Shown here piece by piece: positions 17,724 through 26,790 of a DNA stretch of 41,870 bases (position 1 is its first letter; every line of letters starts with the position of its first letter). The DNA is from Desulfocapsa sp. GTDB lineage: Bacteria > Desulfobacterota > Desulfobulbia > Desulfobulbales > CG2-30-60-27. A program made the translations under genes and the position numbers. A model generated the notes under the pieces. That model was given only the letters and a program-made list of their open reading frames with translations. It did no database searches and was not told the origin of the DNA. The stretch lies in contig DYDL01000003.1 in assembly GCA_020717925.1 (NCBI GenBank), positions 1 through 41,870 of the forward strand, in the 5' to 3' direction.

Positions 17724-20714
17724 CTAAAAATCCAGAGTCTTCTGCCAGGCCGCCTTGAGATCGGCCAAGGGTTCCTTGAGCACGGTCTGGCCGGTGAGGC
17801 CGAGGGCGGTAAGGACGGGTTCCTGGGTTACCACCCCTACCCGGGCCGTGCCGGTGTTGGCCATGATCGCCTGGAAATCCTTCTCGTGCTCCGGTCGTAC
17901 CGTGACCACGAAGCGGCTGGCGGACTCGGAGAAGAGCAGCACGTCGTCGCGGCCGACGCCTTCGGCCGGCACCTCGGCCAGGTCGATTGCCAACCCCAGG
18001 CCGCCGGCAAAGGCGGTTTCGGCCAGGGCCACGCCCAGGCCGCCGTCGGAGCAGTCGTGGCAAGAGGCGACCAGGCCCTGGGAGATAGCCTGGGACAGGG
18101 CGCGGTAGCGGGTCATCGCCTGTTCGGCCCGAACCTGGGGCACATGGTTACCGATACCGCCCAGCAGGGCCGCGTACTCGGAGCCGCCCAGTTCAGGGTA
18201 GGTGAGGCCGAGGACGTAGACCAGGTCGCCGGCCCGCTTGGCGTCCATGGTCACGGCACGGCGGACGTCGTCGATCTTGGCCACGGCCGAGAACAGCAGG
18301 GTGGGCGGGATGGAGATCTTGGTGGCGCCGATCTGGTAGTCATTCTTCATCGAGTCCTTGCCCGAGATGCAGGGCACACCGTAGACCCGGGTGATGTCGT
18401 TAAGGGCCTGGTTGGCGCGCACCAGTTGGGCCAGCTTGTAGGGGCCGTCCGGCGTCTTGTCGGAGAGGATCGGGTCGCACCAGCAGAAGTTGTCAAGCCC
18501 GGCCATGATCTCCAGGTTGGCGCCCACGGCCACGGCGTTGCGCACCCCCTCATCGATGGCGCAGGCCGCCATGTGGTAGGTGTCGATGTCCGAGTAGCGC
18601 GGGCAGATGCCGTGGGCGATGACCACCCCTTCGAAGGAGTCCAAAAGCGGCCGGATCACCGCCGCGTCGGACGGGCCGTCGTTGGCCACGCCGGTGAGCG
18701 GCTTGACCACCGAGCCGCCCTGCACCTCGTGGTCGTACTGGCGGATGATGTACTCCTTGGAACAGATGTTCAGTCGGCCCAACAGCGTTCGCAGGGTTTG
18801 GCCCAGGTCGGGGCTGGCCGGCAGCACCGGCTCGGCGTGCACGGGCGCCACCCAGCGGGCAACCATCCGCATGGGCGGCAACCCCTTGTGGACAAACTCC
18901 ATGTCCATGTAGCCCACGGTTTTGCCTTCGTAGAGCAGATGGAACTTACCCGAGTCGGTGAAGTTGCCGAGCACCGTGGCCTCCACGTCCATGGCCGCGC
19001 ACAGGGCCAGGAAGGCGTCGAGCTTGGCCGGCGGCACGGCCAGGGTCATGCGCTCCTGAGCCTCGGAGACAAAGATCTCCCAGGGTTGCAGGCCGGCGTA
19101 TTTGAGCGGGGCGCGGTCGAGGTGCAGTTCAAAGCCGCCGGTGTCCTGGGCCATCTCGCCCACCGAGGAGGAGAGGCCGCCGGCGCCATTGTCGGTCATG
19201 CAGTTGTAAAGCCCCAGGTCGCGCGCCTTGAGCAGGCAGTCGAACATTTTCTTCTGGGTGATCGGGTCGCCGATCTGCACCGCCGTGGCCGGCGAGCCTT
19301 CGTTTAGTTCCTCCGAGGAAAAGGTGGCGCCGTGGATGCCATCCTTGCCGATGCGGCCGCCGGTCATGACGATCTGGTCGCCGACCTGGGCGCGTTTGTC
19401 CTCGCTCGGGCGGCCCAGGTGTTTGGCTGGCATGATGCCCACCGTGCCGCAGAAGACCAGGGGCTTGCCGGCAAAGCGCTCGTCAAAGACCAGGGAGCCG
19501 TTCACCGTGGGGATGCCGGACTTGTTGCCGCCGTGCTCCACGCCAAGGCGCACCCCCTCCATGATCCGCTTCGGATGCAGCAGACGGGCTGGCAGGGGTT
19601 TATCGAAAAAGGGCGAGGCAAAGCAGAAGACATCGGTGTTGCAGATGAGCTTGGCGCCCATGCCGGTGCCAAAGGGGTCGCGGTTGACGCCGACGATGCC
19701 GGTGAGCGCGCCGCCGTAGGGGTCGAGGGCCGAGGGGCTGTTGTGGGTCTCGACCTTGAAGACCAGGCTCCACTGGTCGTTGAAGCGAATGACCCCGGCG
19801 TTGTCCTTGAAGACCGAGAGACACCAGTCCCTGGCCCCCATTTTTTCGCGGATGGCCTTGGTGGAGGCGCGGATATACGAGTCAAACAGGCTGTGGATGG
19901 TGGTCGCCTCGCCGGTGACCGTGTCCTCGTAGACGATGTCGCCGCTAAAGATCTTGTGCTTGCAGTGCTCGGACCAGGTCTGGGCCAGCACCTCGAGTTC
20001 GATGTCGGTGACCTTGGCCGACAACCCCATGGTTTTTCGCGCCGCCGTTACCTCGGGCCGGGCAAAGTAGGCGCGGATGATCTTCATCTCGTCCAGGGTG
20101 AGGGCGAGCACCCCCTCCTTGCTGATCCGCACCAGTTCGGGGTCGGCAATGTCCAAATCCACCTCGGCCACCCGCACCGCGTTTTCGCCCACCACCTTGG
20201 GGGCAAAGGGCTGGATGCCGCCGACCGCGGTGAACTCCTGGTAATCCATAATGGTGTAGCGCTGGATGAGCTCATTGGCCAGGAGCTTGGCGCCGATGCT
20301 CTCCACCTCCGGGCGCGACAGTTTGCCGGCGAGCAGGAACTGGGTCGAGGTGTATACCGCCTCGTGGCGCGCCAGTTTGCGGCCCAGGAGGTAACCCAGG
20401 GCCTGGGCCGCGGTGCGGCCCTCGTTGTCCGTGACCCCGGGCCGGAAACCCACCTCGATCAGCCAGTCAAAGGCGAACCCTTTCTCCAGGGTGAGCTGCC
20501 CCAGGGACCAATCCTGGGTCACCGGGTCGCTGTAAGGCCCGGCGGCCGCCTCCCGGAGCTGGTCCACCGTGATGTCCGCCTCCACGGTGAAAACCCTGAG
20601 GGTGCGCACCGCGGTTACCGGCAGATGCAGGTCGGTATTGATGCGGTTTCTGGTCTGCGTGCCAAACGAGTCAATAATGGCGGGTTTCAGCCCCACCTCG
20701 ATGCGGGCTAGCAT
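17724..20714 (-). CDS. purL: Phosphoribosylformylglycinamidine synthase PurL (N-terminal PurS-like domains, no glutaminase domain)
   Basis: WSEHCKHKIF, KVETHNSPS, DGIHGA, DNGAGGL, SEAQERM, SGKDSM, HDCSDGG. Confidence 0.96.
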   Translation of the reverse strand: MLARIEVGLKPAIIDSFGTQTRNRINTDLHLPVTAVRTLRVFTVEADITVDQLREAAAGPYSDPVTQDWSLGQLTLEKGFAFDWLIEVGFRPGVTDNEGRTAAQALGYLLGRKLARHEAVYTSTQFLLAGKLSRPEVESIGAKLLANELIQRYTIMDYQEFTAVGGIQPFAPKVVGENAVRVAEVDLDIADPELVRISKEGVLALTLDEMKIIRAYFARPEVTAARKTMGLSAKVTDIELEVLAQTWSEHCKHKIFSGDIVYEDTVTGEATTIHSLFDSYIRASTKAIREKMGARDWCLSVFKDNAGVIRFNDQWSLVFKVETHNSPSALDPYGGALTGIVGVNRDPFGTGMGAKLICNTDVFCFASPFFDKPLPARLLHPKRIMEGVRLGVEHGGNKSGIPTVNGSLVFDERFAGKPLVFCGTVGIMPAKHLGRPSEDKRAQVGDQIVMTGGRIGKDGIHGATFSSEELNEGSPATAVQIGDPITQKKMFDCLLKARDLGLYNCMTDNGAGGLSSSVGEMAQDTGGFELHLDRAPLKYAGLQPWEIFVSEAQERMTLAVPPAKLDAFLALCAAMDVEATVLGNFTDSGKFHLLYEGKTVGYMDMEFVHKGLPPMRMVARWVAPVHAEPVLPASPDLGQTLRTLLGRLNICSKEYIIRQYDHEVQGGSVVKPLTGVANDGPSDAAVIRPLLDSFEGVVIAHGICPRYSDIDTYHMAACAIDEGVRNAVAVGANLEIMAGLDNFCWCDPILSDKTPDGPYKLAQLVRANQALNDITRVYGVPCISGKDSMKNDYQIGATKISIPPTLLFSAVAKIDDVRRAVTMDAKRAGDLVYVLGLTYPELGGSEYAALLGGIGNHVPQVRAEQAMTRYRALSQAISQGLVASCHDCSDGGLGVALAETAFAGGLGLAIDLAEVPAEGVGRDDVLLFSESASRFVVTVRPEHEKDFQAIMANTGTARVGVVTQEPVLTALGLTGQTVLKEPLADLKAAWQKTLDF

Positions 20715-20754
20715 GATGGTCTCCGTTCTTGGGCAGCGTTTAAAGAAAATTTTT

Positions 20755-20930
20755 GTAACTTCTTCAGGTGGATAGCCTATAGCGGTTTAGCCTATTAGCA
20801 ACTGAAAAATCCCCGTCCGACAGCAGCGGATACTGAACAGATTACTAGATGAGGCACACTTTACACCCATATTCCCGGCCGTTTCTTGCTAGCAGACTAC
20901 AGTCTAACAGACTAACCAACCTGAGTATTT
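20755..20930. repeat. Imperfect palindromic intergenic element (CAGGTGGATAG / TTAGACTGTAGTCTG family), copy 1
   Basis: Left arm GTAACTTCTTCAGGTGGATAG...TAGC, right arm GCTAG...CTAACCAACCTGAGTATTT; 15-mer shared with copies at 29034 and 30449. Confidence 0.7.
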
Positions 20931-20990
20931 GAACTTCCAGCCTTATACCAAAGCAGGCGGCATTTGGGTAGGGGGATTCCGGCATTTGCC

Positions 20991-21269
20991 TCATGGCCAC
21001 CGCATCGCCCCATGCAGAACCCGGATAATTTCCAGGCATTCGCCCTGAACGCGATAAGGCAGAAGGTATGGCGTGCCGGCGATAATGAACTCGCGGGTAC
21101 CCGGGGTTCTACCTGGGCGCCCCAGGTGTGGCTGTATAATCAGATCTTTTTCCACCTTGGTGATGATTTTCCGCACCAGTTTTTTGGCGGCGCCTGGTTT
21201 GTCCTTGGCAATGAAGGCGCGTAGCGATTGGAGATCTGAAACCGCTTTTGCGGTCCACCTTACTTGCAC
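20991..21269 (-). CDS. RelE/ParE-family toxin
   Basis: VRWTAKAVSDL, PHLGRPG...GTRE, YRV..IIRVLHG. Confidence 0.9.
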   Translation of the reverse strand: MQVRWTAKAVSDLQSLRAFIAKDKPGAAKKLVRKIITKVEKDLIIQPHLGRPGRTPGTREFIIAGTPYLLPYRVQGECLEIIRVLHGAMRWP

Positions 21270-21523
21270 TTCGGCGGCCTCTTCTCCTGGGGGGTATCCC
21301 AACTCGCTACCCAGTCGGCAACTGCGGCATGCTCAATCAAACGGCCACTCCTCGCATCCTGCAGGCCATCTTCAATCGCCTGTAACTGCCAGGCCTCTTC
21401 CGCAACGTACCGCTTGACCGCCTCAGCGGCGCAAAAAGATTTCGACCGTTGGGTGGCCTCGGCGAGCATGGTGAGTTGTTGCGCCAGTTCATCGGGCAAG
21501 CGGATACTGATTGTCGCTGACAT
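21260..21523 (-). CDS. CopG/RHH-family antitoxin
   Basis: TISIRLPDEL...RSKS..AAEAVKRYV, W..SWDT; AGGAGG RBS; TGTATACA/TGCATACA boxes at 21535-21561. Confidence 0.88.
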   Translation of the reverse strand: MSATISIRLPDELAQQLTMLAEATQRSKSFCAAEAVKRYVAEEAWQLQAIEDGLQDARSGRLIEHAAVADWVASWDTPQEKRPPKCK

Positions 21524-21667
21524 ATGTCACCTCCTGTATACAACATAATACAATGCATACAAAAGTGCACAAAGAATAAGGCGGAGCCCGCACTGATAAT
21601 GCAAAAACCGTACAAATTGGCAATGCAAATAACAATCCGTGCCGTTTTCGCCTTGTCTTCTTGGCGC

Positions 21668-21704
21668 GTGAATACTCAGGTGGATAGATTTACTGAGCAG
21701 TTAC
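21668..21704. repeat. Compact palindromic element, copy 2
   Basis: GTGAATACTCAG-gtggatagattta-CTGAGCAGTTAC; TCAGGTGGATAG identical to 20764-20775; overlaps vapC stop. Confidence 0.65.
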
Positions 21705-22111
21705 CGTTTTTTATTACTGGCGAATTGCACCAGATTGACACCGCCTTCATCACGCAACACGGTGAAATGATTGTCCAGGGTCAATACCGGCAAGTCGTTG
21801 GCCCGGGCCACGGCGGCAATGTAGCAATCCGCCAGGCCAACGGTGCGGCCCTTGTTGCGCAGCCGGTTGGCGAGGCCCCCTGCGCTGACCCAATTCTCCA
21901 GACTTTCAGGAAGAAAATCAAATAAGTGCGGAAACCCGAGAAGGTGAGCCGCCTGCTTTTCACTCCTCACGCCTTGCAGCAGTTCAGCTAAAATCAAGCC
22001 AAGGCAGCAGATGCGGTCGTCGTCCAGCAGCGCCGAAACCAGGCCAAAGCACGGCTCTTCCCGCCGGAAATAGGCGATCCAGGCGGAGGTATCGACCAGC
22101 ACCCTACCCAA
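21701..22111 (-). CDS. vapC: VapC PIN-domain toxin
   Basis: VLVDTSAWI, ELLQG, DCYIAA, TLDNHF. Confidence 0.9.
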   Translation of the reverse strand: MGRVLVDTSAWIAYFRREEPCFGLVSALLDDDRICCLGLILAELLQGVRSEKQAAHLLGFPHLFDFLPESLENWVSAGGLANRLRNKGRTVGLADCYIAAVARANDLPVLTLDNHFTVLRDEGGVNLVQFASNKKR

Positions 22112-22313
22112 GCCGGTGGTCTCCGTGCCGAAGTTCCTCGGCGGATAAGGAGAATTCGATTTTGCCAGCCATGCCCTTAAGTTGTTCCTTTTTCATTTTG
22201 CGAATCTCGTCCCGGACCGCCAGGATAACCGCCTCGGTCTTGTTTTTTGCCTTCACGGCGGTCATGAGTTCCTGCACAAGATCCATCGGTAAAGTTATGC
22301 TTGTTCTTTGCAT
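22104..22313 (-). CDS. vapB: VapB-type (RHH) antitoxin
   Basis: RTSITLP..LV...KNKTEAV..A..G.IEF; overlaps toxin start. Confidence 0.8.
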   Translation of the reverse strand: MQRTSITLPMDLVQELMTAVKAKNKTEAVILAVRDEIRKMKKEQLKGMAGKIEFSLSAEELRHGDHRLG

Positions 22314-22457
22314 GGCTAGCCCCCATAAAAAAATCTCATAGCATATGATGGCTAGTCCATGCTAAAATGTCAACCAGTTTATAACACCAGTTTATAACGG
22401 TCGTATTGAGTTGCTTCGGATTTTATCCCGGCACGACCTTAGTAAAGGGCAGGCAAA

Positions 22458-23309
22458 TCAGGAGTGGGCGGCTTGCTGGCGTTTTTTGAGCTGTTCTTCA
22501 ATGTGGGGCCGCAAGAGCCGGAGGGTGGGCGGGGTGTAGGAGAGTTCATAGTCCTCGAATTGCGGAATTTTGGGCACGAACTCGGGCACCAGGGCTTTGA
22601 GGTCGGCGGGCGGCGCGCTATATTTACCGGTAAAGGCGGCAATGGCTTGCTGGATGGCAGCCGCTTGCTCAAACACGGCAAGGCTATTCTGATACCGTTC
22701 CCGTAGCGCGTCATCCTGTTCCGCTGCTACCATGCCACGTAGCCAGATCACCCCGACCTCGATATCGCCACCCTCGGCCGCCAAGGTGCTGGCCAGATGC
22801 CCAAACCAGCTTGGAGCTTCGGGCTTTTCCGAGGCAATCTTGAGAAAACGCGCGGCATTACCGAAATCGCTTAAGTGGTAGAAATAGTTGAAACCCGTGA
22901 AAAAAGGCCAAATGAAATTCTCCGGCATGGCATCCATGGCCTTGTTCAGTATACGGTTGGCTTCCCGCGCGTAATCTTGGCCAATAAAGGGCAGGCTGGA
23001 ATTGCAAATAAAATAAGTATCGACGAAACGAGGATGCAAGGTGGAGGCACCATCAAGATGTTGGGTAAGGCTCTCGGCATAGTCATAAGGGTCGCGGCCT
23101 GGCTTCACTCCGCCCAAAAATACGTTGGACTTGATGAAAAGCAGCTCGCCGCCCAACTGCTTCAAATATCCCAACGCCGTCTCCTGAATGCGCGAAGCCA
23201 ATGGAAAGGCCAGTTCCACCAGCCTTTCTTGAAATAGTTGTTCCTGATGGGAAAAAAGCCCCGCATAGGCTGCGAGCAGGCAAAGCAAAACCAACAAGTT
23301 GCGGATCAT
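22458..23309 (-). CDS. Membrane-anchored TPR-like pilus accessory protein (PilG/XapA-like)
   Basis: N-terminal TM, LHPRF, W..PFFTGFNYFY; ATGA overlap with permease; downstream of pilA ABC genes. Confidence 0.7.
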   Translation of the reverse strand: MIRNLLVLLCLLAAYAGLFSHQEQLFQERLVELAFPLASRIQETALGYLKQLGGELLFIKSNVFLGGVKPGRDPYDYAESLTQHLDGASTLHPRFVDTYFICNSSLPFIGQDYAREANRILNKAMDAMPENFIWPFFTGFNYFYHLSDFGNAARFLKIASEKPEAPSWFGHLASTLAAEGGDIEVGVIWLRGMVAAEQDDALRERYQNSLAVFEQAAAIQQAIAAFTGKYSAPPADLKALVPEFVPKIPQFEDYELSYTPPTLRLLRPHIEEQLKKRQQAAHS

Positions 23310-24133
23310 TGCAAATCCCGGCGCTGGTAGATTGTGGCGGCGAGCCATAGAGCTAGAACGGTATAGGCAGCGGCAAGGCCAAAGCCAGTGGCCAAGAGAT
23401 TTAAAGACGGCAACGCCTCTTCGACAGTGATAAAGTTCTTGAAATCCAGGCGGGCAAAATCCGGGAATACTGAGGTCAGCCCGGCCAAGAATTTGGCCAT
23501 CCCTGCCTGGCTATTCGACTCCGCCAGCTTTTGCGCCACCGACTCGCGCACCACCGGCAAGCCTGAGCAGATGGCGTAAAAGGAGAGCGAGACGAGCAGC
23601 ACCGGGAAGTTGCCGCGCACCAGGCCCGAAAAAAGCAGGATCACGGAAAGCAGCATGAGCTGCATGGCAAACATGCCTCCCCAGGCCAGCAGAAAGGCGC
23701 CAACAGATAGCTGCTCAAAATAGACAGGCTTAACCAGGCCCTTAATGATTGCAAGGGTGCCGAAGCCGATGCCGCCTAGCAGCAGATTGAGCAGCAGCAA
23801 GAGAAACGCGAGCCCCGCAAACACACCCAGCACATATTCGCCACGGGAGATAGGTCGTGCGATCAGTGAATAAATAACGCGGCGCTCCTCGTCCAAGGCC
23901 ATGACTTGCACGGCGTGGAAAAAAAGAAAAATAAAGCCGGTGAGCCAGGCAACGGAGATCACAAAATCGCTAGCCGCCCGGCCAATATCGCGGGAGATGA
24001 AGTCGAAGAACAACAAGCCTCCGGCCTCGGCGGCCAGGGCGAGTGCGATCAGGCCCAACAGAGCGTGACGGCGAAGGCCGTCGAGCACCAGGAGCCTGGC
24101 CAGGGCCGCGATGCGGCGCAATTTATCCGGCAT
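23306..24133 (-). CDS. ABC transporter permease (PilI-like)
   Basis: Multiple TM helices, EERR..Y.LIARPISR.EY..G, PDF..LDFK, QRRDL. Confidence 0.85.
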   Translation of the reverse strand: MPDKLRRIAALARLLVLDGLRRHALLGLIALALAAEAGGLLFFDFISRDIGRAASDFVISVAWLTGFIFLFFHAVQVMALDEERRVIYSLIARPISRGEYVLGVFAGLAFLLLLLNLLLGGIGFGTLAIIKGLVKPVYFEQLSVGAFLLAWGGMFAMQLMLLSVILLFSGLVRGNFPVLLVSLSFYAICSGLPVVRESVAQKLAESNSQAGMAKFLAGLTSVFPDFARLDFKNFITVEEALPSLNLLATGFGLAAAYTVLALWLAATIYQRRDLQ

Positions 24134-24869
24134 GGACGCTTCCTCCTTGAACCAGGCGCAGAAAACCATCGGCCAGGGTGGCGCTGCCGGTCTGGCCGCA
24201 GAGGGCGGAAGGGCTGCCCTCGAATATGCTCTGCCCTTGGTGCAGAAGCAACACCCGGTCGGCCACCCGGTCCACGTCTTCAAGAATGTGCGAACAGAAG
24301 AGGATGGAGCGGCCTTCTTGCTTTAACTCTTGAATAAGCGCCAGAATGTCGGCGCGGCCGATGGGATCGAGCCCGCTCATGGGCTCGTCCAGAATGAGCA
24401 GTTCTGGGTCGTGTAGAAGAGCAATGGCGAAGTTAGCCCGCTGCTGCATGCCCTTGGAAAAGTCGCGCAACGGCCGCCGCCTCGCCTCCCACAGGCTCAA
24501 GCGCTTAAGCCACTTCTCGCCGCTTGCGCTGATCGACTTGGCCGTCATCAGGCAGGTGGCGCCGGTATAGCGCAGCATGTCGAGCACCGTGAGGTTGGCC
24601 GGGAAGCTCGCGGTTTCCGGTAGATAGCCGATGCGGCGGCGCAGCAGATGGTCGCGTGGGGGCTGGCCAAAGACCTGGATGCTGCCCTTGTCTGGCCGGA
24701 TGAAGTCCATGAGCAGCTTGATGCTCGTGCTCTTGCCGGCGCCGTTTGCCCCGATTAACCCAAGGGTTTCGCCCTGCCCAACCGTGAACGAAACCTCCCG
24801 AAGGGCCGTGTGCGCCCGTCCGGTAAGCTCCTTGGCGTAAGTCTTCCAAACCTGTGAAAATTTAATCAT
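24123..24869 (-). CDS. ABC transporter ATP-binding protein (PilH-like), complete copy
   Basis: GANGAGKST, FSKGMQQR, LILDEPMSGLDP, CSH. Confidence 0.93.
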   Translation of the reverse strand: MIKFSQVWKTYAKELTGRAHTALREVSFTVGQGETLGLIGANGAGKSTSIKLLMDFIRPDKGSIQVFGQPPRDHLLRRRIGYLPETASFPANLTVLDMLRYTGATCLMTAKSISASGEKWLKRLSLWEARRRPLRDFSKGMQQRANFAIALLHDPELLILDEPMSGLDPIGRADILALIQELKQEGRSILFCSHILEDVDRVADRVLLLHQGQSIFEGSPSALCGQTGSATLADGFLRLVQGGSVHAG

Positions 24870-24898
24870 GGGGACGTTGTTTACCTAGTGATTTTAAT
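24870..24898 (+). repeat. RAYT-associated site A
   Basis: GGGGACGTTGTTTACCTAGTGATTTTAAT; 23/29 to site B; abuts ABC ATPase ATG. Confidence 0.8.
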
Positions 24899-24921
24899 AT
24901 TGCGCTCGGACCCCGAAAACC

Positions 24922-25341
24922 TTACAGCACCATGACTATACAACGGGCAAATCCCTCAAGATCGTTGAGGGATTCCCGGATCACCTGATGGACCAGATGA
25001 TAGTCTATTTTCCAATACATATGCACAAGCAGATTCCGGCAGCGGGCGGCCTTTTGCAGATTGGTGGACAGTTCCGCCGGAATCACCCCGGCCGATTCCA
25101 GCAGGGCAAAACATTGGGCATACTCTTCCGGAACTTGGCGCAACTGCTTGGCGCAGACATGATAGCAAAGTTGCAGGGAGGCCTCGATGGCAACCTGCAA
25201 TCGGTAACATGCTATGTCCAACGTATCCTGATCGGCAAGAAAAGCCTGAAGCGGCAACGTCTCGATCAGCCGCAGCCGGGCCACCGAATCGCTTATTTCC
25301 TGGGCGCGGGTCCGCACCAATTCCTGATTAAGCACCGGCAA
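24922..25341 (-). CDS. hepT: HEPN/DUF86 (HepT-like) ribonuclease toxin
   Basis: RNLLVHMY (RX4HXY) motif. Confidence 0.9.
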   Translation of the reverse strand: MPVLNQELVRTRAQEISDSVARLRLIETLPLQAFLADQDTLDIACYRLQVAIEASLQLCYHVCAKQLRQVPEEYAQCFALLESAGVIPAELSTNLQKAARCRNLLVHMYWKIDYHLVHQVIRESLNDLEGFARCIVMVL

Positions 25342-25735
25342 AGGCCTCCTTGGTAGCCCTCAGCAGCAGGGGCTTGAGGTCCAGATACCGGCAGACGGTC
25401 TGCTCGAAGATACGCCCGTGGAGATCAGAATTCCTATCCACTAGGAGTTTGCCACGCAACACCTGAAACACAAACGAAACCGGCGCGTTGTTCAGAGCCC
25501 GCGCATCCACCGGACACCCAATCTGCCTACTCAAGTGATCCGACAGGTCAACGGCGAACATCTCCATGGCTAGGGGGGAAAGCCCCTCAAGATACACGCC
25601 GATGTCAATGTCATGGAACGGAATCTCGTCTAGAAACGAGCCGTGCAGATAGGCGAATTGAATCGCCTCCCGCTCTTGCAGCAGACGGCTGAGGGTGTCG
25701 ATGATCTCGTGCCGTTCCTGAGAGGAAGTCATCAT
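25328..25735 (-). CDS. mntA: Minimal nucleotidyltransferase (MntA-like) antitoxin
   Basis: YLHGSF...DIDIGV motif; overlaps HEPN gene. Confidence 0.9.
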   Translation of the reverse strand: MMTSSQERHEIIDTLSRLLQEREAIQFAYLHGSFLDEIPFHDIDIGVYLEGLSPLAMEMFAVDLSDHLSRQIGCPVDARALNNAPVSFVFQVLRGKLLVDRNSDLHGRIFEQTVCRYLDLKPLLLRATKEAFAGA

Positions 25736-25736
25736 A

Positions 25737-25765
25737 GGGGGCTTTGTTTACTGAGTGAGTTCAAT
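25737..25765 (+). repeat. RAYT-associated site B
   Basis: GGGGGCTTTGTTTACTGAGTGAGTTCAAT; contains the RAYT stop codon; 1 nt from the MNT ATG. Confidence 0.75.
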
Positions 25766-26731
25766 GGCGCGTTCCAGTTTCTTCGCCAATCTTGGCTGTT
25801 CCATGAGTATGCCTGCCCCGCGCCGTGCCGCCCGGCTCACTGCCGCCCGGCCGAGGCGAAGCATCCCGCCCGCCGACGCACCGCCATACCCCAGCAACCA
25901 GATCGCGGCATGACAGAAAACCGCGCGCGCTTCCGAGACCGCGTTTTGCCTGCCTCGCAAGCCAAGCTCCTCGGGGCGCAAACCAAATAGCCCGGCAATC
26001 CGCGTGAGCAACTCCGGCAAAGGAAGCTTTCGATCGATTTGGGCGGCCAGGCCCTTTTTCCGGCTCAGTTGCTCAAGAAAATTTTCGCCGCCCAGCACTC
26101 GCCTGTCAACAATTTTCTCGAAAAATTCCTCCGCATCCCGAGGGGCACGTCCAACCAGTTCAGGACGCCGCCCCTCGGCAATACCGTCCGCCACATAGCT
26201 CAGGTAATTTACGCGGGCCGTGGCAGGACGCTTGCCAAAATGTTGAAGAATCTCGCTCACCGCTTGACCTGGCAAGGGGTCGTGGCCCACAAGCCCGGCA
26301 TGGCCGCACCAGGGATAAAGGCCGAGGGCATCCAAATCTGGCACTACCCCGGCGCGCAAGGGGTTCAGGTGAATGTAGCGCACCAGTTCCAGAAGGTAAG
26401 TTTCTTCATCACAGACAATGGACTTGTAGCGATTCTGAAACAGATGTCCAACGCGCTGATGGCGGCGGTTGAAGTTGACCGCGTACCGGGTGAGCAGTCG
26501 GCGCATGAATTGGCTGAGTGTTGCCTCGCAAGGCTGGACCAGCAGGTGAAAGTGGTTTGGGAGCAAGGCCCAGGCATAGCAAACGGTATTAGTCTCTTCA
26601 AGGGCTCTGGCTAGATATTGGCCAAAAAGCGCGTAGTCTTTCTTGCCAAGGAAAATCTTACGCTTTTCAATACCGCGCACCATAACGTGCTGCATGAGAC
26701 CAGGCATATCGAGGCGGGCTTTGCGTGGCAT
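25748..26731 (-). CDS. REP-associated tyrosine (Y1, HUH) transposase with C-terminal HTH
   Basis: MPRKAR, HVMVRG, PNHFHLL (HUH), GHLFQNRYKS, YIHLNP, YPWCGH; C-terminal HTH-like region. Confidence 0.92.
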   Translation of the reverse strand: MPRKARLDMPGLMQHVMVRGIEKRKIFLGKKDYALFGQYLARALEETNTVCYAWALLPNHFHLLVQPCEATLSQFMRRLLTRYAVNFNRRHQRVGHLFQNRYKSIVCDEETYLLELVRYIHLNPLRAGVVPDLDALGLYPWCGHAGLVGHDPLPGQAVSEILQHFGKRPATARVNYLSYVADGIAEGRRPELVGRAPRDAEEFFEKIVDRRVLGGENFLEQLSRKKGLAAQIDRKLPLPELLTRIAGLFGLRPEELGLRGRQNAVSEARAVFCHAAIWLLGYGGASAGGMLRLGRAAVSRAARRGAGILMEQPRLAKKLERAIELTQ

Positions 26732-26737
26732 GTGAAT

Positions 26738-26766
26738 AATTTAGCGAAAATGATCGGTAAAGTCAA
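26738..26766 (-). promoter_or_regulatory. sigma70 promoter for RAYT, probably leaderless
   Basis: TTGACT-N17-TAAATT-N6-ATG. Confidence 0.6.
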
Positions 26767-26790
26767 AGTAAATCAGTAAGCAACGTCCCC
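26762..26790 (-). repeat. RAYT-associated site C (inverted)
   Basis: Minus strand GGGGACGTTGCTTACTGATTTACTTTGAC; flanked by extra GGGACACCAC (26791-26800). Confidence 0.8.

Noticed and set aside
25748-26731. Classical IS200/IS605 element or GTAG-type REP/REPIN cluster
   Set aside because: No tnpB, protein much longer than IS200 TnpA, and no GTAG-hairpin REPs seen flanking it.
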